Position numbers and translations under genes: made by a program
Part shown: piece after piece, positions 10,433 to 24,300 of the stretch
Layout of the letters: each line of letters starts with the position of its first letter
How positions within the stretch are numbered: the stretch's first letter is position 1
Notes under the pieces: generated by a model
What the model was told of the DNA's origin: nothing
The model's database searches: none
What the model saw: only the letters and a program-made list of their open reading frames with translations
Origin: Takakia lepidozioides
Lineage: Eukaryota > Plantae > Bryophyta
DNA length: 64,000 bases
Reading direction: 5' to 3'
NCBI GenBank assembly: GCA_030704615.1
Contig: CM060733.1
Span: 27,714,001-27,778,000, forward strand

Positions 10433-13084
10433 TCACCAGTACTCTCCACAGGAACAGACCCCATCTTGAAAGTGGTGAAAGCGGTTGAAATCCCGTACAA
10501 CAATTGTTCGCCCGACAATCTTTGAAATGAACTTGGTGGCCATGTGGCAGTCACCACACACCCGAAGGTTCTTAATGATATAGAGAGGTGTCCCTATCGA
10601 TGTGCTGATGAGCCCAAAAGCAATGGCCAGCCTCTCACTATGGTGACAAAGGAAAATTTCCTTCAGCTCCTCCCCCACATTGTGCAATACGAAGCTAGTG
10701 TCAGGCAGGTATCCAGCCTCCTTCATTTGCCTGGACAATCTCTTCAGCTCAGCATGGATGTCCTCAATTTGTGGATGTGACTTGTCATCAACAACGAATG
10801 TATGGACCTGCTTGTCAACCTCAATGAGGCAGCGACCTGGCTCCTTAATGACACCTCTGTCCTTCATCATTTTCCTCACCTTTGCAGTATCGGCCCACAT
10901 GCCAGCTGCAGCATAGATGTTTGATAGCAGCACATAAGTTGCAGCATCATGTGGATCGCGCTTGAGAATGCATTTTGCTGCACGTTCTGCCAGCTCCACT
11001 TTGCCATGGATTCTGCAGGCTCCAAGTAAGGCCCTCCACACTGAAGCCGCTGGTTCAAATGGCATTCTGTAAATGATGTCCTCTGCCTCATCCACTTGAC
11101 CTGCACGACCAAGAAGGTCCACCACACAGCCAAAATGCTCCACTGTAGGAGTGACACCATGATCTCGAGGCATGGAGTGAAAGTAGTGTAGTCCTTCATC
11201 CACTAGGCCCACATGGCTACATGCACAGAGAACCCCAATAAATGTGACACCATTTGCCTTCAAGCCTTCCTGCTGCATTTGTTCAAACAGTTGCAATGCC
11301 TCCCTACCGTGCCCTTGCTGAGCATATCCTGCAATCATTGCACTCCATGAGACCACATCTCGCTTAGCCATGCTGTCAAACACTCGACGGGCATCATTTC
11401 CACTCCCACATTTACCATACATGTCAACAAGGGTATTGTCCAAAATGGTATTTGGCTGAAGTCCAGCTTTAATAATGTCAGTGTGGACCTCCTTGCCCTT
11501 TCTCAAGGCTGCCAAGCTGGCACACGCATTGAGAACACAGACAAATGTGACCTGGTTAGGTGTCACCCCTTCCCGTACCATTAGCTCATAGGTCTCCAAA
11601 GCCTCCCTACCACACCCATGCTGAGCATATCCTGCGATCATTGCACTCCATGAGACCACATTTGGCTTCACGCCTTCCTGTTGCATTTGTTCAAACAGTT
11701 GCAGGGCCTCTCTGACATACCCATGCTGAGCATATCCTGCAACAATTGCATTCCATGACACCACGGATCGCTTAGCCATGTTGTCAAAAACTTGCCGTGC
11801 GTCATTCAGGCTCCCACATTTGGCATACATGTTGACAAGAGTATTCTCCAGAATCACATTTGGCTGAGTTCCAGCTTCGGTGATGGAAGCATGGACCTCT
11901 CTGCCCTTTTCCAGGTCTGCCAGGCTGGCACACGCCTTGAGAACGCAAATAAATGTGACGGTGTTGGGTGTCACCCCTTCCTGTGTCATTTGCTCGTACA
12001 TCGCTACAGCCTCCCTACCACACCCATGCTGAGCATATCCAGTGACCATTGCATTCCAGGACACCACATCTCGCTTAACCATATTGTCGAACACTAGATG
12101 TGCATCCTTCATGCTTCTGCATTTAGCATACATATCAATAAGGGTATTCTCCAGAACAATATCTGACACAATTCCAGCTTTGATGATGTCAGCATGGACC
12201 TCTATGCCCTTTTGCAGGGCTACCAGGCTGGCACATGCTTTCAAAATACAAATGAATGTGACCCTGCCTGGTGTTACCCCTTCCTGTCTCATTTGCTCAT
12301 ACATCTCAAAAGCCTCTGTACCAAAATCATGCTGAGCATATCCTGCAATCATTGCATTCCATGAGCCTATATCTCGCTTAGCCATATTCTCAAACACTAG
12401 ACACGCATCCTTCATGCTCCCGCATTTGGCATACATGTCGATGAGGGTATTCTCTAACATGACATCTGCCGAAATCCCAGCTTTTATGATGTCAGCATGG
12501 ACACGCATGCCCTTTTCCAGAATCATGAGGCTGGCGCACGCCTTAAGAACAGCAGTGTAGGTGACGTTGTCTGGTGTCAACCCTTCCAAGATCATTTGCT
12601 CATAGATCTCCAATGCCTCCCTACCACACCCATGCTTGGCATATCCTGCCATCATTGTATTCCACGTAAATATATCTCGTTCAGGCATTTTGTCAAACAC
12701 TTGGCGTGCATCCACCACACTTCCGCATTTGGCATACATGTTAACAAGGTTATTGAGGATTAAGATGTTGGGTTTGAATCCACTTTGGATAATGTGGGCA
12801 TGGACCTGCTTTCCCTCTGCTAGGCCTTTACTCCGGATGCACATCTGCAGCAGACAGATGTAAATGTTGGAGTCTGCCAATGTGCCTGGCTGGTGCAGAC
12901 CGTGCAGAGCCTCTTTCAGTCGTCCTGCCTTACACAGTGTCCACACATCCCAACAAATTCTAGAAGAGTTCAATTTGACTCCCTGTGTTGATCCTCTTTC
13001 AGCAGCAGTGGTGATGGTGCAGGTGCTGCCCTTGCTTTTGGTCAGATGTCCAGGATACAATGGTGCCTGACTTAGGCCTGCCAT
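10433..13084 (-). CDS. Intact intronless PLS-DYW PPR protein (883 aa), putative organellar C-to-U RNA editing factor
   Basis: N-terminal extension, ~20 P/L/S motifs including one P-P doublet, E1/E2, EPGRCLIE box, HSERLA, CGDCH, terminal CSCGEYW. Confidence 0.96.
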   Translation of the reverse strand: MAGLSQAPLYPGHLTKSKGSTCTITTAAERGSTQGVKLNSSRICWDVWTLCKAGRLKEALHGLHQPGTLADSNIYICLLQMCIRSKGLAEGKQVHAHIIQSGFKPNILILNNLVNMYAKCGSVVDARQVFDKMPERDIFTWNTMMAGYAKHGCGREALEIYEQMILEGLTPDNVTYTAVLKACASLMILEKGMRVHADIIKAGISADVMLENTLIDMYAKCGSMKDACLVFENMAKRDIGSWNAMIAGYAQHDFGTEAFEMYEQMRQEGVTPGRVTFICILKACASLVALQKGIEVHADIIKAGIVSDIVLENTLIDMYAKCRSMKDAHLVFDNMVKRDVVSWNAMVTGYAQHGCGREAVAMYEQMTQEGVTPNTVTFICVLKACASLADLEKGREVHASITEAGTQPNVILENTLVNMYAKCGSLNDARQVFDNMAKRSVVSWNAIVAGYAQHGYVREALQLFEQMQQEGVKPNVVSWSAMIAGYAQHGCGREALETYELMVREGVTPNQVTFVCVLNACASLAALRKGKEVHTDIIKAGLQPNTILDNTLVDMYGKCGSGNDARRVFDSMAKRDVVSWSAMIAGYAQQGHGREALQLFEQMQQEGLKANGVTFIGVLCACSHVGLVDEGLHYFHSMPRDHGVTPTVEHFGCVVDLLGRAGQVDEAEDIIYRMPFEPAASVWRALLGACRIHGKVELAERAAKCILKRDPHDAATYVLLSNIYAAAGMWADTAKVRKMMKDRGVIKEPGRCLIEVDKQVHTFVVDDKSHPQIEDIHAELKRLSRQMKEAGYLPDTSFVLHNVGEELKEIFLCHHSERLAIAFGLISTSIGTPLYIIKNLRVCGDCHMATKFISKIVGRTIVVRDFNRFHHFQDGVCSCGEYW

Positions 13085-13849
13085 CCTGCATGACTCAAAG
13101 TCTTAGTTACAGACCTGTACAATTCAAGTCACAACTCTCAAGTCCCAGGTAGGCTCCCTGCGCAGGTACTGCAGTCATGTACTTTCCAAAATGTTCTACC
13201 AGTTCTATCTGTTTGGGTCCCTGAATATAAACTATATCCATCGTATTCTTGGCCTTTAGCTCCACATTGTACATCGACATTAGAACCATCAAAAGATTGT
13301 GCTCAATGCAAAGGACCTCCTTTGTGTGCATATGTCTGAAGTCTGGCGATCTTGGACTTTTCTGTGAAACCACCAGTGATCCATGCCTTCATTCCACCAC
13401 AGCCTTGCTTAGCTCCAAGCATCTTTCAAAGACCAGGGCACAACTTTAAACAACTATCTCCATCCCTGTTACCAGGAAGAACCACCCACTCAAAGGCCGA
13501 ATGGCATGGTTTCAAACTGAAAAAACCCCTGGCGACAAGTAAAAGTGGTTTCCTCCTTGCTGTCTTTTGGGTGACAAAGAGAGAATCCAAGCAGCTGAAG
13601 ACACAAATCTAGTCTACAGCTCATCACTATGCCAGCTTCAGCCACAGATCCTCAACAGACTCTTTGAAGTCCTATGTGAAGATTCTTACCTTACCGAGCC
13701 TGTTGTTCCACCACTGAGATGGAACGAACTCCTGCCAGAGCCATTCTAAGCTCATAGTTTGACCTGCATTCAAGGAGTGCTGTGATAACTTTGCCAGATG
13801 CTATTTGCTTCACTCCCCATTTAGAAGTGCTAGTGCTTAGGCCTAAATC

Positions 13850-16550
13850 CTTAGTTGCTGCAAATTACATCAAACCTAGGCCCACAAAATACCCCTGTTG
13901 ACATCCCCTGGGCCGCCATGCAGACTACAATTATTGTCAAGCAGTTATTACCACACACGGGTAGCTTTCTATGTATAGCAGAAGCAACACCCCCTCTCAA
14001 GCAACTGCCTGGCTGCGCCATAGAAGATACAACACTTGTTATTAAAAGCTGCGCCCACAACACCCCCACCACAGCAATAAACCCATATAAATATGCTAAA
14101 AAAACAACTGCATGCCTATCTGCTTGGCAGGCATTCTGTACAGATACAACATTGGTGCACCTGAGGCATGACTCCGAGTTCAGCAATACACTAGAATTCA
14201 CAACACACACGAAAAATCATATATTGATCCCCTCCGAGCAAACATACACTGCATACTATGGCCCCATACCACCAATAATCATTACCACAACATTGCAAAA
14301 CCTCCCTCCTCTCATTGCCCCCCTTACCAGAATCTCCTCTGGAACCTCGCTTGCTGGCCCCCTTACACAACCATTAGAGCAACACATGACCCAGCAAAGA
14401 CTACAGCTCCTATGTTAACAACTACTCCAAGAAATGCCACATACCTATATACTGCACGTTTGAGGCAGACTGAATGCCATTTACACAAGCCTGGCCACGC
14501 TCTGATCCCAGCAAAACAGCTGCAAAGTATGATGGCCCACACTGCCAGCCTTCACCCCTCTTACCACAATCAAATATACCCATATCCACCCCGCTGCCGC
14601 GGTGGGCCATTCAAAAATTTCTTACTTTAACTACAATATGGCCCCATACAAACAAATACCACCAATGCGGTACAAAATGCTACCCCCAGCGATATATCAC
14701 CAAAATACTCTCACACTCCCAAACTCTGCACTATGTTTGGCATTCAGAACTGCTACAAAGCACCCCCCCGTTGCTCCACTGTCAGGTCTCCGTTACAATG
14801 CAAATTGGTTAAAATGTGCAAGGTTATAGATACTGACACAAGGTCTTCTGAATGCAAAAGAACTGCAGCCCTTTATACATCCCATTTTAGCAACACTTCT
14901 TTAGACCCACCTCCAGCCCACACCTGTATGAACAACATATTACACACCACAAAAAGGACACTCAAAAGTTTAGAATTAATACTCTCAACTGTTGCTCACT
15001 TGGCATCCTAAGCTGGCAGCAACAAGTAGCAACAGAGCCAGGAAACCCGCGCACTGCAAATCCCATACCAACTCCTCTTAAATCTACACATGCCAGTAAG
15101 GGAGTCTCTTGCTTTTTGGCCAGAGCTAAAACCACATAAAAAGCGCCGACGCTGCCACCATAACTTGTACAATACCCTCTCAAAAACAGCTCCTCCCTTT
15201 CAACTATATATAATCCTTCCAGGCAATTACCAAAGACCAGAAGCAAACGGTGCAAATGCTACACCCACACTACAAGGACCACAGTGCAATTACAAAATAA
15301 AACAAGGACCTATACCAATACCTGCTCACACATGGTACCCCCCCATGCCAAATCAAAAACTTACCCCCTTCTATCATTATAGCACTACCCCCTAACGCTA
15401 CCACGTGAGCAGATGCAACAATTATCACACTACCACAAATACCCCAGTTCAACAAAAGCCCACCCCCTCCAGCCTCACATCTCAGGGGCCACAGAACTCT
15501 GTTTACATAGTTTTTCGAAAAAATAAGCATGGAACCACATCACACCTCCACAAGCTGAACACCCCATGCACCACAGACCCCATACCAACCCCCCTAGAAT
15601 CTACACATGCTACAACACCCCTCTTGTATTATGAAAGCACTACACCACACGCTGTTCCAACTGCATCTCAGCATAGGCAAACATTAATAGAACTGAGAAA
15701 ATTTGCCCAAACACACTCTCTTCCTGATAACTGCAAAAAAACCCACACTCGCAAGCAGCGCCCTTCAATGTAAAAATAACGGAACAGCACCGCACCTCGT
15801 AGTCAAGCCTCTGAGTCAACCCATTCAATTTCCTGGCGCACAGTGGGTACCTTCCTGGAGTGTGGCAAATTCTCACTGCTATCCAGAACTGCGAAACAAC
15901 ATAGTCCCAACTGCTGCAATTAGGCTGGAGCATGCAATTCCCAGGGAACACCAAGAAAACAGCCCACATGAGCCGGCACTAAATCCCCACACAACCCACA
16001 GTCTATCCACTGCAAGCTCCCCTTCTAAAATCTGCCAAACATATAAAGTGCTAACTCCACATTCCAAACAACAAAATCAGTGGGTACTTACGCTACATAC
16101 TTCAGATGGATCTATATGTTGCCAAAAACACCCTCCACCCCGCAGAAAACTGAAATGCAGGCTGCTGGAAAAAGAACGCCATGTATCCAGGCCAGCTGAC
16201 ATTTGGTCTGCAACGGTTACCGAACATACTCTCCCAAGACCTCACTCTCTGCCACTGTGGGCCACGGCTGGGATGAGATTACAACAAATCGCTTGGCCTA
16301 CGCCATTAAAACACACAATCGACCTCTACATGTGCCCAGTCATGGCGCCAGCCACTGGCCAACAAACTCGCAAAAGCAGATTTGTAAGAAAATCCCCTAG
16401 CAGCATCGTTAGCCAGCTCAAAAAAATTTGCAATCATCGGAATACTAAAATCCACACCATATTCGATAGAACCGTCCCCCACCCAACTCACCTTGGCCCC
16501 CATTACAGCTCCAACTTATAAATACTGCCATCAGCGAAACTGATTTTGGG
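13850..16550. repeat. Strand-skewed C/A-rich degenerate repetitive region, probably non-coding or TE-derived
   Basis: Recurring short motifs (ctacaa, cacacccc, ataccacca, aactgc); + strand ORFs are T/P/H/Q-rich with no recognisable domain. Confidence 0.4.
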
Positions 16551-17496
16551 GTTGGCTGTAGCTGAATCATGAATAGTAGTTTAATGTTAATACGGTATGC
16601 TTATTTCAGTAGTAGATATGTTTGGACACCAATAAGAACTATGTAAGAACTTAATGGACAGGTGAGCTGATGGTGCTTTTGCCGGATTCCAGCTGCGTGG
16701 GCTAGCTCCTTCGGCCCATGTCAAATCCTTAACCTTGGATTCACAATACATATATGTATACATTCGTATGCAAGAGGTTGTCAAGCAGCTGTAAGGGAGG
16801 AGAGTGCTCTTCTCCTTTATATACCCTCTTAAGGCCCCTTCAAGCGGTCGTGGACCTTTGTTAGAAGGGTGCTCCACACATGTCCCCCCAGAAATCACCA
16901 CTTGACACCTGTACTCCACTTGCCTACCTTTGGCGCCTAAACCATCCTCCATTTAATAGTTGTCGCCTTCCTACCATCTTTTTCTGGACCCCTTACAGGA
17001 TGGTTATTTCCTCGTCTCCTTGCGTAGCTTACTATATATCCCTTTTAATTCCTAGACGACCGTCTAATCGACAATGCCCACTCAGACTTGGGGGGTTTAT
17101 TAGCCTACTGGTAAGGTGATTGCAACTATAGATGGTGACATGGGCCCATCCTTGAAAGGCGCAGTAGCCTCTTAGTTGCGCTGGCCGGGGTCTTCTCTCT
17201 AGATGGCGAGCAATCGGGTTTGACTCTCAATGGGTGGCTCGCTAGGCTGATTTTTGCACCTGTCACAAGGCATTTGACAGGCAAAAAAAAATGAGCCTAT
17301 CAAAAGAGAGGCAATGAGAAAAAAATGCCGATCACAATGAAAGTCAAAAAAAAATTAGCCTGTCAAAAGAATGGAAGAAATTTCTGATAATTAGGGGTAA
17401 TTATATTACTAAGTCCACCTACAAGAGGCTCACAAGCCTGAAAGGTACAAATTATGAATAATGAATCAGCCAGAGATTACTGATAGTTATTAGTAT

Positions 17497-18120
17497 ATTT
17501 TTATTTTTATTTTGAACAGGGGAAGGCCCTGAATTAATTTTATTGAGTTTATTGTGGGGAAAAAAATTAAAACCCCATATTACACCATGAGGTACACACA
17601 CCGTAGTCAGTGATGAATGAACTAACCTCTCGAAGGGAGAAGATGACCTAGGGTTACAAGCCCTATGTAGAAGTCACACCCGTAGGGGGTTGCTTTGAAT
17701 GTAGGCAATCGTTTTTGGACTAGTGAGATCTACAAGGAATCTAAAACGTGAATGGCTTAACAGCCGCTTGGAACTTGTCCGAAGCTTATTTGTGTGCATG
17801 ATCTCTGCACGGATCTCAGTAAAATTTCAGTGGTACCAATTGATATCCCTGTCAAACTCGGGGGGACACCGCATGGAGGGGTGTATTGAGTTCTCGCCAT
17901 CGATCTGGAGGTTGAGCTGCCCAAGCATAGTGGGAAGGTGACGAGCTAGTGCAGAGAAGACCGTTTCTTGCCCAAGTGCTGGCAAACTGACCGTGGATCG
18001 TTGCCGCTTGTTGGGGTCTTCTTGCGACATCTGCACAGAGTTTTGCCCAAGTCTTCTTCCCTTCAATCTGCAAGTCCCAGAATACCCTAGAAAGCAAGGT
18101 AGATAAAGTGCAGGTGGTAC
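17497..18120 (-). mobile_element. Possible 3' end remnant of a LINE
   Basis: T-rich tract at 17497-17513 (A-rich tail on - strand) next to decayed coding-like sequence (..WYH*NF.., cf. LINE IWxxRN motif); weak. Confidence 0.3.
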
Positions 18121-18307
18121 CCGAGAGGGTCCATGCACATCTAACTTTCCATGTGATGAATTTTGATTGATCTCATATTTGTCCGAATGGTATGTAGAAC
18201 ATACTTGCAAAGTTTCAAAGCAAAAAAAAAATCAATTGGATGGGCGACGATTCGATCGCCCTTTTGAATAAATTTTGATTGATGTCATATTTGTCTGGGA
18301 TCTATCA

Positions 18308-19906
18308 TGTCGCGCACCTCACTTCGGTAAACTCCCCTTCAAGTCATAGTTACTTGCTTTGATGCGCGCGCCTAACTCCCAACCTGGCCGCTGGGTCAAC
18401 TTGGAGCTTTTGCTACTCACCTAGACATAACGGTCCCCCTTTACTCTTCCACTAGACCCTCCACCAATTTGGGCCTGGTGGAAATTCCCTTTGGTAGATG
18501 ACAGTCCGGAATAGCTCCCCACTCCTTGCTCGCTTTCCGGCTCGCTCGCTTACCGGCTCGCTCGCTTACTCACTAGTTTTTGGTCACCAACGGGCTTGCA
18601 CCGTTCTCAGGGTCACTACTCCCTATATATACTTCTGTGACTGTCCGCGGGGGTTTCATAAACAACCATGCCATTTTATGGCGAACCACCACGAAGACCC
18701 TCGACTCCCGGTGATGAGTCGCGGTGAGTCTTGGCCCACCCACCACGGCCCCATTGGACCGTGATGAGTCCCAAGACTCCCCATGACTCCCACCACGAGG
18801 TATTCGCCCCATGGTGAGTCATATGCCATCCCCACTAAGTCCCGCTAAGCTACCACCACCCCTTGTGGAGCCACCCCCACCGCAACCCGGTGTGCGGGGC
18901 CCCACCTAGTGAGCGTCTCCACCTCCTTGAGTGCCTTGGGCACTCAAGGGTGCTTCAACCCCCCGTACCTATTGCTGCCACTGCCCCCACCACAGGGGCA
19001 GCCCCTCCTGTGTCCCGACCCCCTACCCTCAAGGCAAAGGGCCGCGACATACACCCCTACCAACAGGGAGTCGATGTCCTCATCGACTTGTCCATTTTGT
19101 AGAAACGAACATCCAAGTTGTGGCATCCCACATCAAGGAGTTTGTTTCTGTACCATGGCGTCCCATGGCAAAGAACCAAACCCCACACTTGACTCTACTC
19201 TCCACTAGCTAGTTCGGCCGACTTCCTCCAAGTCCCGGCCAAGGGTGGAGCCTCTCAAGCTCCTCCTAGTGCACTCTTCTTGGCCTACTTCAAGGCCAAG
19301 GAACGATCATCCCCGAGGATCGAATCGCCTTACTGCAACAACATTGCTTGCGACCGCTCATGATGCCGCTTTTGGCATCACCTTGCATAAGGGTTCACCT
19401 CGCACCCTCTTTGACTAGGAAGATACCCTTGAACCAACCGTGCACCCCAATCACTACAATTGGGTCTGCCTTGGAATGTTGGCCTGAGGTACGGGAACAC
19501 GCCAAAGCCGCACTACGACTTCGTTCCAAGGCTACACGATTATAGTACGTAAACGGAAGCACGTAGCTTCCGCGTTAGCCCGCACTACAAGGCAACCTCC
19601 TCGGTAGCGCAATTATAGTACGCGCACGCGCCAGGTGCGCACTAGCACGTGAACTCCCAAAGTAGGCGTAAGTCACCTTGCCCCTTGGATGAGAGTCACC
19701 CGATTTTGGCACTACACAAACACACGATTACGTCTCCTACTTTTGTAAGCTAGCATGCATTCTACACATTAGCCAACCATACCATGCATTACCATTCCAA
19801 ACAAAATAAGAGGCGCAACATTCGAAAACCATTTATAACAAAATTTGTACAGCACAAGTTTTTGCAATCGGATTTCCTCAGCTAGCTAAATCAGGCTAAG
19901 CATGCA
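18308..19906 (-). repeat. 3' LTR of chromovirus copy A (~1.6 kb)
   Basis: Begins tgtcgcgcacctcac on +, matches 24551 onward directly and 28001-29569 in inverted orientation. Confidence 0.92.
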
Positions 19907-19940
19907 TTTCCTCCCCCATGATCCAAGGTTGATGTCCCTA

Positions 19941-22900
19941 TCAACGTTTCTTCCGCTTTTGAGGCCGCCCTTCGAATGCTACGACCGCCTCGGATGCGTT
20001 TCCCATTTCTGAGATACGCACACAAGATCCCTCCACATGATGATAGCCCTTCCATTTCACGAGATACTCTGTTTCTCGGTTCTTGAACCTCCTCGACTTA
20101 AGCACTACCTCCACCTCGTACTCAGGTTCATTTTCATGATCCAACAGCACAGATGGCAGATACAACACTTGATGGACGTGCTTCATCTTTAAAGTAAGGC
20201 TTCAAAAGGGCGACGTGGAATACTGGATGCACCTTGCTGTTTGCCGGCAGCTCCAATTCATACACATCCTCATTCATAACCTTCCGGATGCGAAAGGGTC
20301 CCGCATACAGAGGTACGAACTTTGGACTCACTTTCGGAGGTAGTCGAAAATACTTGATGTTCAACCAGACCTCCGTGCCTGCCTCAAACTTCATTTCCCT
20401 CTGCTTCCGATTCGTCTGCCTTTCATACCGTTTCCTAGCTTTGGCAATGTTGTACTTTGCGAGCTTCAACAAACGTTCGCGTTCTTCCAGTACCGCGGCT
20501 GCTGCCGGTTCCTCAATGTCCTGGGCGGCCCAACTTGTCGGCACCAGAGGTGCTTTTCCATAGACCAACACGAAACAGGAAACTCCCGTTGCAGAGTGTT
20601 TTGTATTATTATAACAGAACTCTGTCGCGTCCAAGTGCTCTACCCAGTCTGATTGGTCCGCCGACACGTAATTCCGCAAGATCTGCTTCACCACGAAATT
20701 CACTCTTTCCGTTTGGCCGTCCGTCGTAGGTCGGAAGGCGGTGCTCATCTTGAGCCTCGTCCCTATCTTCTTCCAAAGTGCCCTCCAAAATTTACTCGCA
20801 AATTTTGGATCGCGGTTCGAGACAATATCCTTCGAAAGTCCATGATGTTTGAAGACGTGGGTGAAGTAAAGTCGTCCCGTCTCATGCGCCGTTGCCGTCT
20901 CCTTGGTGGGGATGAAATGGCCCATTTTACTGAACCTATCCACCACCACCATGATTGCATTGAATCTTTTTGACAGCGGCATAGCAGTCATGAAATCCAT
21001 CGAGACGCTTTCCCAAGTCCCCTCTGGAATCAGCAAGGGTTGTAACAGCCCTGCTTGTTTTTTGTACTCGCTCCGGTTTTGTTGGCATGTGGTGCATGTC
21101 TTGACATACTCCTCGGCCTCCTCCCTCAGTTTGGGCCAGAAATACTCTTTCTTCAAGAGTGTCGCGATGTGCTTGGCTCTGCCGTGGCCCGCAAGCGGGC
21201 CATCATGGCATTCTCTCAAGAGACTATCTCTGATCCCTCCCTTTGACACGTAGAGATGCTTTTGTTTATACCGGAGCAGTCCATTTTGCAAGTGGAACTG
21301 CGATTTAACCCCCATCCTCAAGTCCCACATCACGGACTTCGTCATCTCATCCTTCCGGCAAGCCTTCCGGATCTTCCTTTGGAGCGTCGTCTCGTCCCTA
21401 TACACCAACATGAGCTGCTGCTTTCTACTTAAAGCATCGGCCACCACATTGTCTCGTCCCGGTTTGTACTGGATATCCACGTCAAACACCGCCAAAGTAT
21501 CTTGCCACCTAAGTTGTTTTGTGGACAACTTAGGCTGCGTGGCAAAATATTTCACCGTGACATTGTCTGTGAACACCTTCACTGGGTTGGAACCAATATA
21601 GTGGCGCCAAAGCTCAAGGCAATGCACCACCGCCTTCATCTCTTTTCTCGTGCGTCGGCCACCGTCGCTCCACTTCATTTAGTTCTTGCTTTTGTAAGTC
21701 ACTGGACGTCCATCTTGCATAAGTACACCCCCAATCGCAAAGTCCAACGCATCTGTATGAATCTTGAACGGACGGTCGAACTCCGAGATTTTCAAGACTG
21801 GAGCTTCCGCCATCCGCTGCTTCAATTCAATAAAAGCTTGGCCACAAAATGTGTTCCATGCCCAGACTTTGGATTTACATAGAAGGTCCGACAGTGGCCC
21901 CGTGATCTTGGCGAAATTTCTCATATACTTCCGGTAATAGGAGGCGAGTCCTAGGAAGGATCGCACTCCCGGGATCGAAATCGGAGGCTCCCAGTCCAAG
22001 ATTGCCCTCACCTTTCTGTCATCCATTTTGATCCCATCCTGTATAATCACATGCCCCAGGAACTCCACTTTCGTGACCCCGAATTCACACTTTGAAGCTT
22101 TGGCATACAGCTTCCCTTCCCGCAATTTCTGGAACACCCTTTTAAGGTGCTCATGGTGCTCCTCCTTTGTTTTTGAGTACACCAAGATGTCGTCGATGTA
22201 CCCGATCACAAAGTCATCCAACCACTCTTGGAAAAGGCTGTTCATCAACGTACTAAAGGTCGCGGGTGCGTTGGTGAGCCCAAAAGGCATCACCAAGAAC
22301 TCATATGAACCATACCTTGTCCTGCATGCGGTCTTATCCTTATCTCATTCCGCCACTCGAATTTGATGATAGCCGGAGCGCAAATCGATCTGACTGAAAT
22401 ACTTTGCTCATGCCAACCAATCGAAGAGGTCGTCGATCCTTGGCAAAGGGTACCGGTTTTTTATAGTCACCTTATTCAAAGCCTTGTAATCGACACACAT
22501 CCGCATCATCCCATCTTTCTTGTCTGCGAATAGCACCGAGGCTCCGTAAGGTGACTTACTCGGCTGGATGTACCCCTTTGACATTAGATCATTGAGCTGA
22601 GTTTTCAGCTCGACCAACTCTCTGTGGCTCAACCGGTAGAGTGCCTTGGCAGGCAGTTCCGATCCCGGTATCACCTCAATCTTGTGGTCAACTCCTCTTC
22701 GCGGTGGCAAGCTGCTTGGTAGATCCTCCGGCATCACATCCTGGTATTTCTCCAAAATCCCCTTGATCCAATTTGGGCTCGGCTCCCCATCGCCTTCTCC
22801 CTTCACTTGTCTTACGTAAAGCAAAAACTGGGGCTCGTGTGACTCAACCACAGCCCACTCCCTTGCTGACAGAAGGTTTATTCGCCCTCCTATGGGTTTG

Positions 22901-24300
22901 GGCATTTCCGACACTCATAAGAATTCGCCACCATTCTCGCATGGCAGCGTGACTACTCTCTTGCGGCCATCTATGACCGCTCCGGATTTGCTCAAAAATG
23001 TCATCCCCAAAATGAGGTCTACTCCATCGATCTTGCAAATGGTGAAGTTCTCGCGTCCCTCCCAACTCCCTAGTTGAAGAGGAACATCGAACGTCAACCT
23101 CGTTGCCAATTGCGGTTCTCATTTGGCAGAACGCACCTCAATAGAGGCCCCCACGTCACTTGTCGGGAGCCCCAGCTTTTGTGCCATTGCCGGTGTCATG
23201 AAGGAGTGTGACGCTCATGTGTCCACCAACAATGACACGTTAGTTTTGGCGATTATCCCACTAACAAACATTAACTGACTCCCTTTACGCAAGGCGTCAG
23301 TTTCTTGATACAACTCACAAGAGTAGTTGTCTACCTTGCAAGTTTTGGCAACTACCGCCTCCACCAAGCGGCTGATGGAATCTTCGGACAGCTCTGTGGC
23401 CGCCCGAGTCATGTTCAATTGTCGGGTTTCCTGCACCTCTTTGCCATGTGCCCGGGTTCCCTGTAATTAAAGCACACTCCATCGAAGGTCGCTTTCTGTC
23501 CGCCATAAGCCGCCACACCTGATTTTCCTTTCGAAGCACCGGGTACCGCCTTGACGTGTAAAGGCCCTCCCTTCGATTTCCACGTGCCATTGTCGTCGCG
23601 TGGCCTATCCCACTTCTTTTCCGGTTGAAAAGAGTCACCCTCCCGCTGGGTCTTCTTGTGGTTCAGCTCTGTACGGCCTTGTTTTCCGCCTCTAGGGACA
23701 CCCGAAAAACATTCAGCCCTTTTAATTGCCTCGTTCAAAATCTTAGGTGGCTTCTCCTCTAACTTCCGTCTGGCCCATGGGGCCAGTCCTGCCACAAAGT
23801 TGAAGACCGTTTCTAGTTCCGCCATATCCGCGACTTCGAGCAACAGCACGTTGAAAGCCTGAACATATCCCTAAATGTCACCCGTTTGCTTCAAATTCCT
23901 CATCTTGTCCCGGGTGAGCCACGACTCGTTGAGTGGAACAAACTGTCTTTTCATAAGTTTCTTGAACCCATTCCAGTTCAAGGTTTCCGGGTTTGGACCT
24001 TGGTCTTGAAGGCGTTTCTACCACCATTGTTGAGCATAGCCTCTCAAATAGGTGGGAGCCACTTCTACCTGATCCTCATCCCTCAATTTGGCCGCTCGGA
24101 AGTACTGCTCTAGCTCCAAGAGCCAGGTGTTGAGTGCCTTCCGATTTCGGACGCCCTCAAAGGCGTTGGGTTCCTTAGGCTTCACCTTAAACTTTGCCTT
24201 AGTGGAAGTGGCATTAGCCGCCCTCAACACGTCTTTCAACGTCCCACCAAACTACGCCAACAACCCTTCCCAAAAGGCTACTGGCATGGGAGACATCTGT
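19941..24300 (-). pseudogene. Disrupted gag-pol of chromovirus copy A
   Basis: ORF pieces: gag (KPKEPNAFEG, CFNYREPGHMAKRC), protease (LLVDT), RT ([20 protein letters not shown]), RNase H (HTDA), integrase (HDGPLAGH..CTTC, SMDF, DGQTER), chromodomain (EYEVEVVL..EYLVKWKGY). Confidence 0.93.

Noticed and set aside
10433-10900. U-to-C (DYW:KP-type) editing domain
   Set aside because: Has a PG-type box and standard HSERLA rather than KP-clade signatures
15703-16521. 272-aa ORF and neighbouring 187-aa ORF (13855-14418)
   Set aside because: Explained by the C/A-skewed composition lacking stops; no domain similarity
16560-17270. Possible solo LTR remnant (TATA-like ctttatata, tgtcccccca)
   Set aside because: No partner copy, defined termini or TSD found in the window
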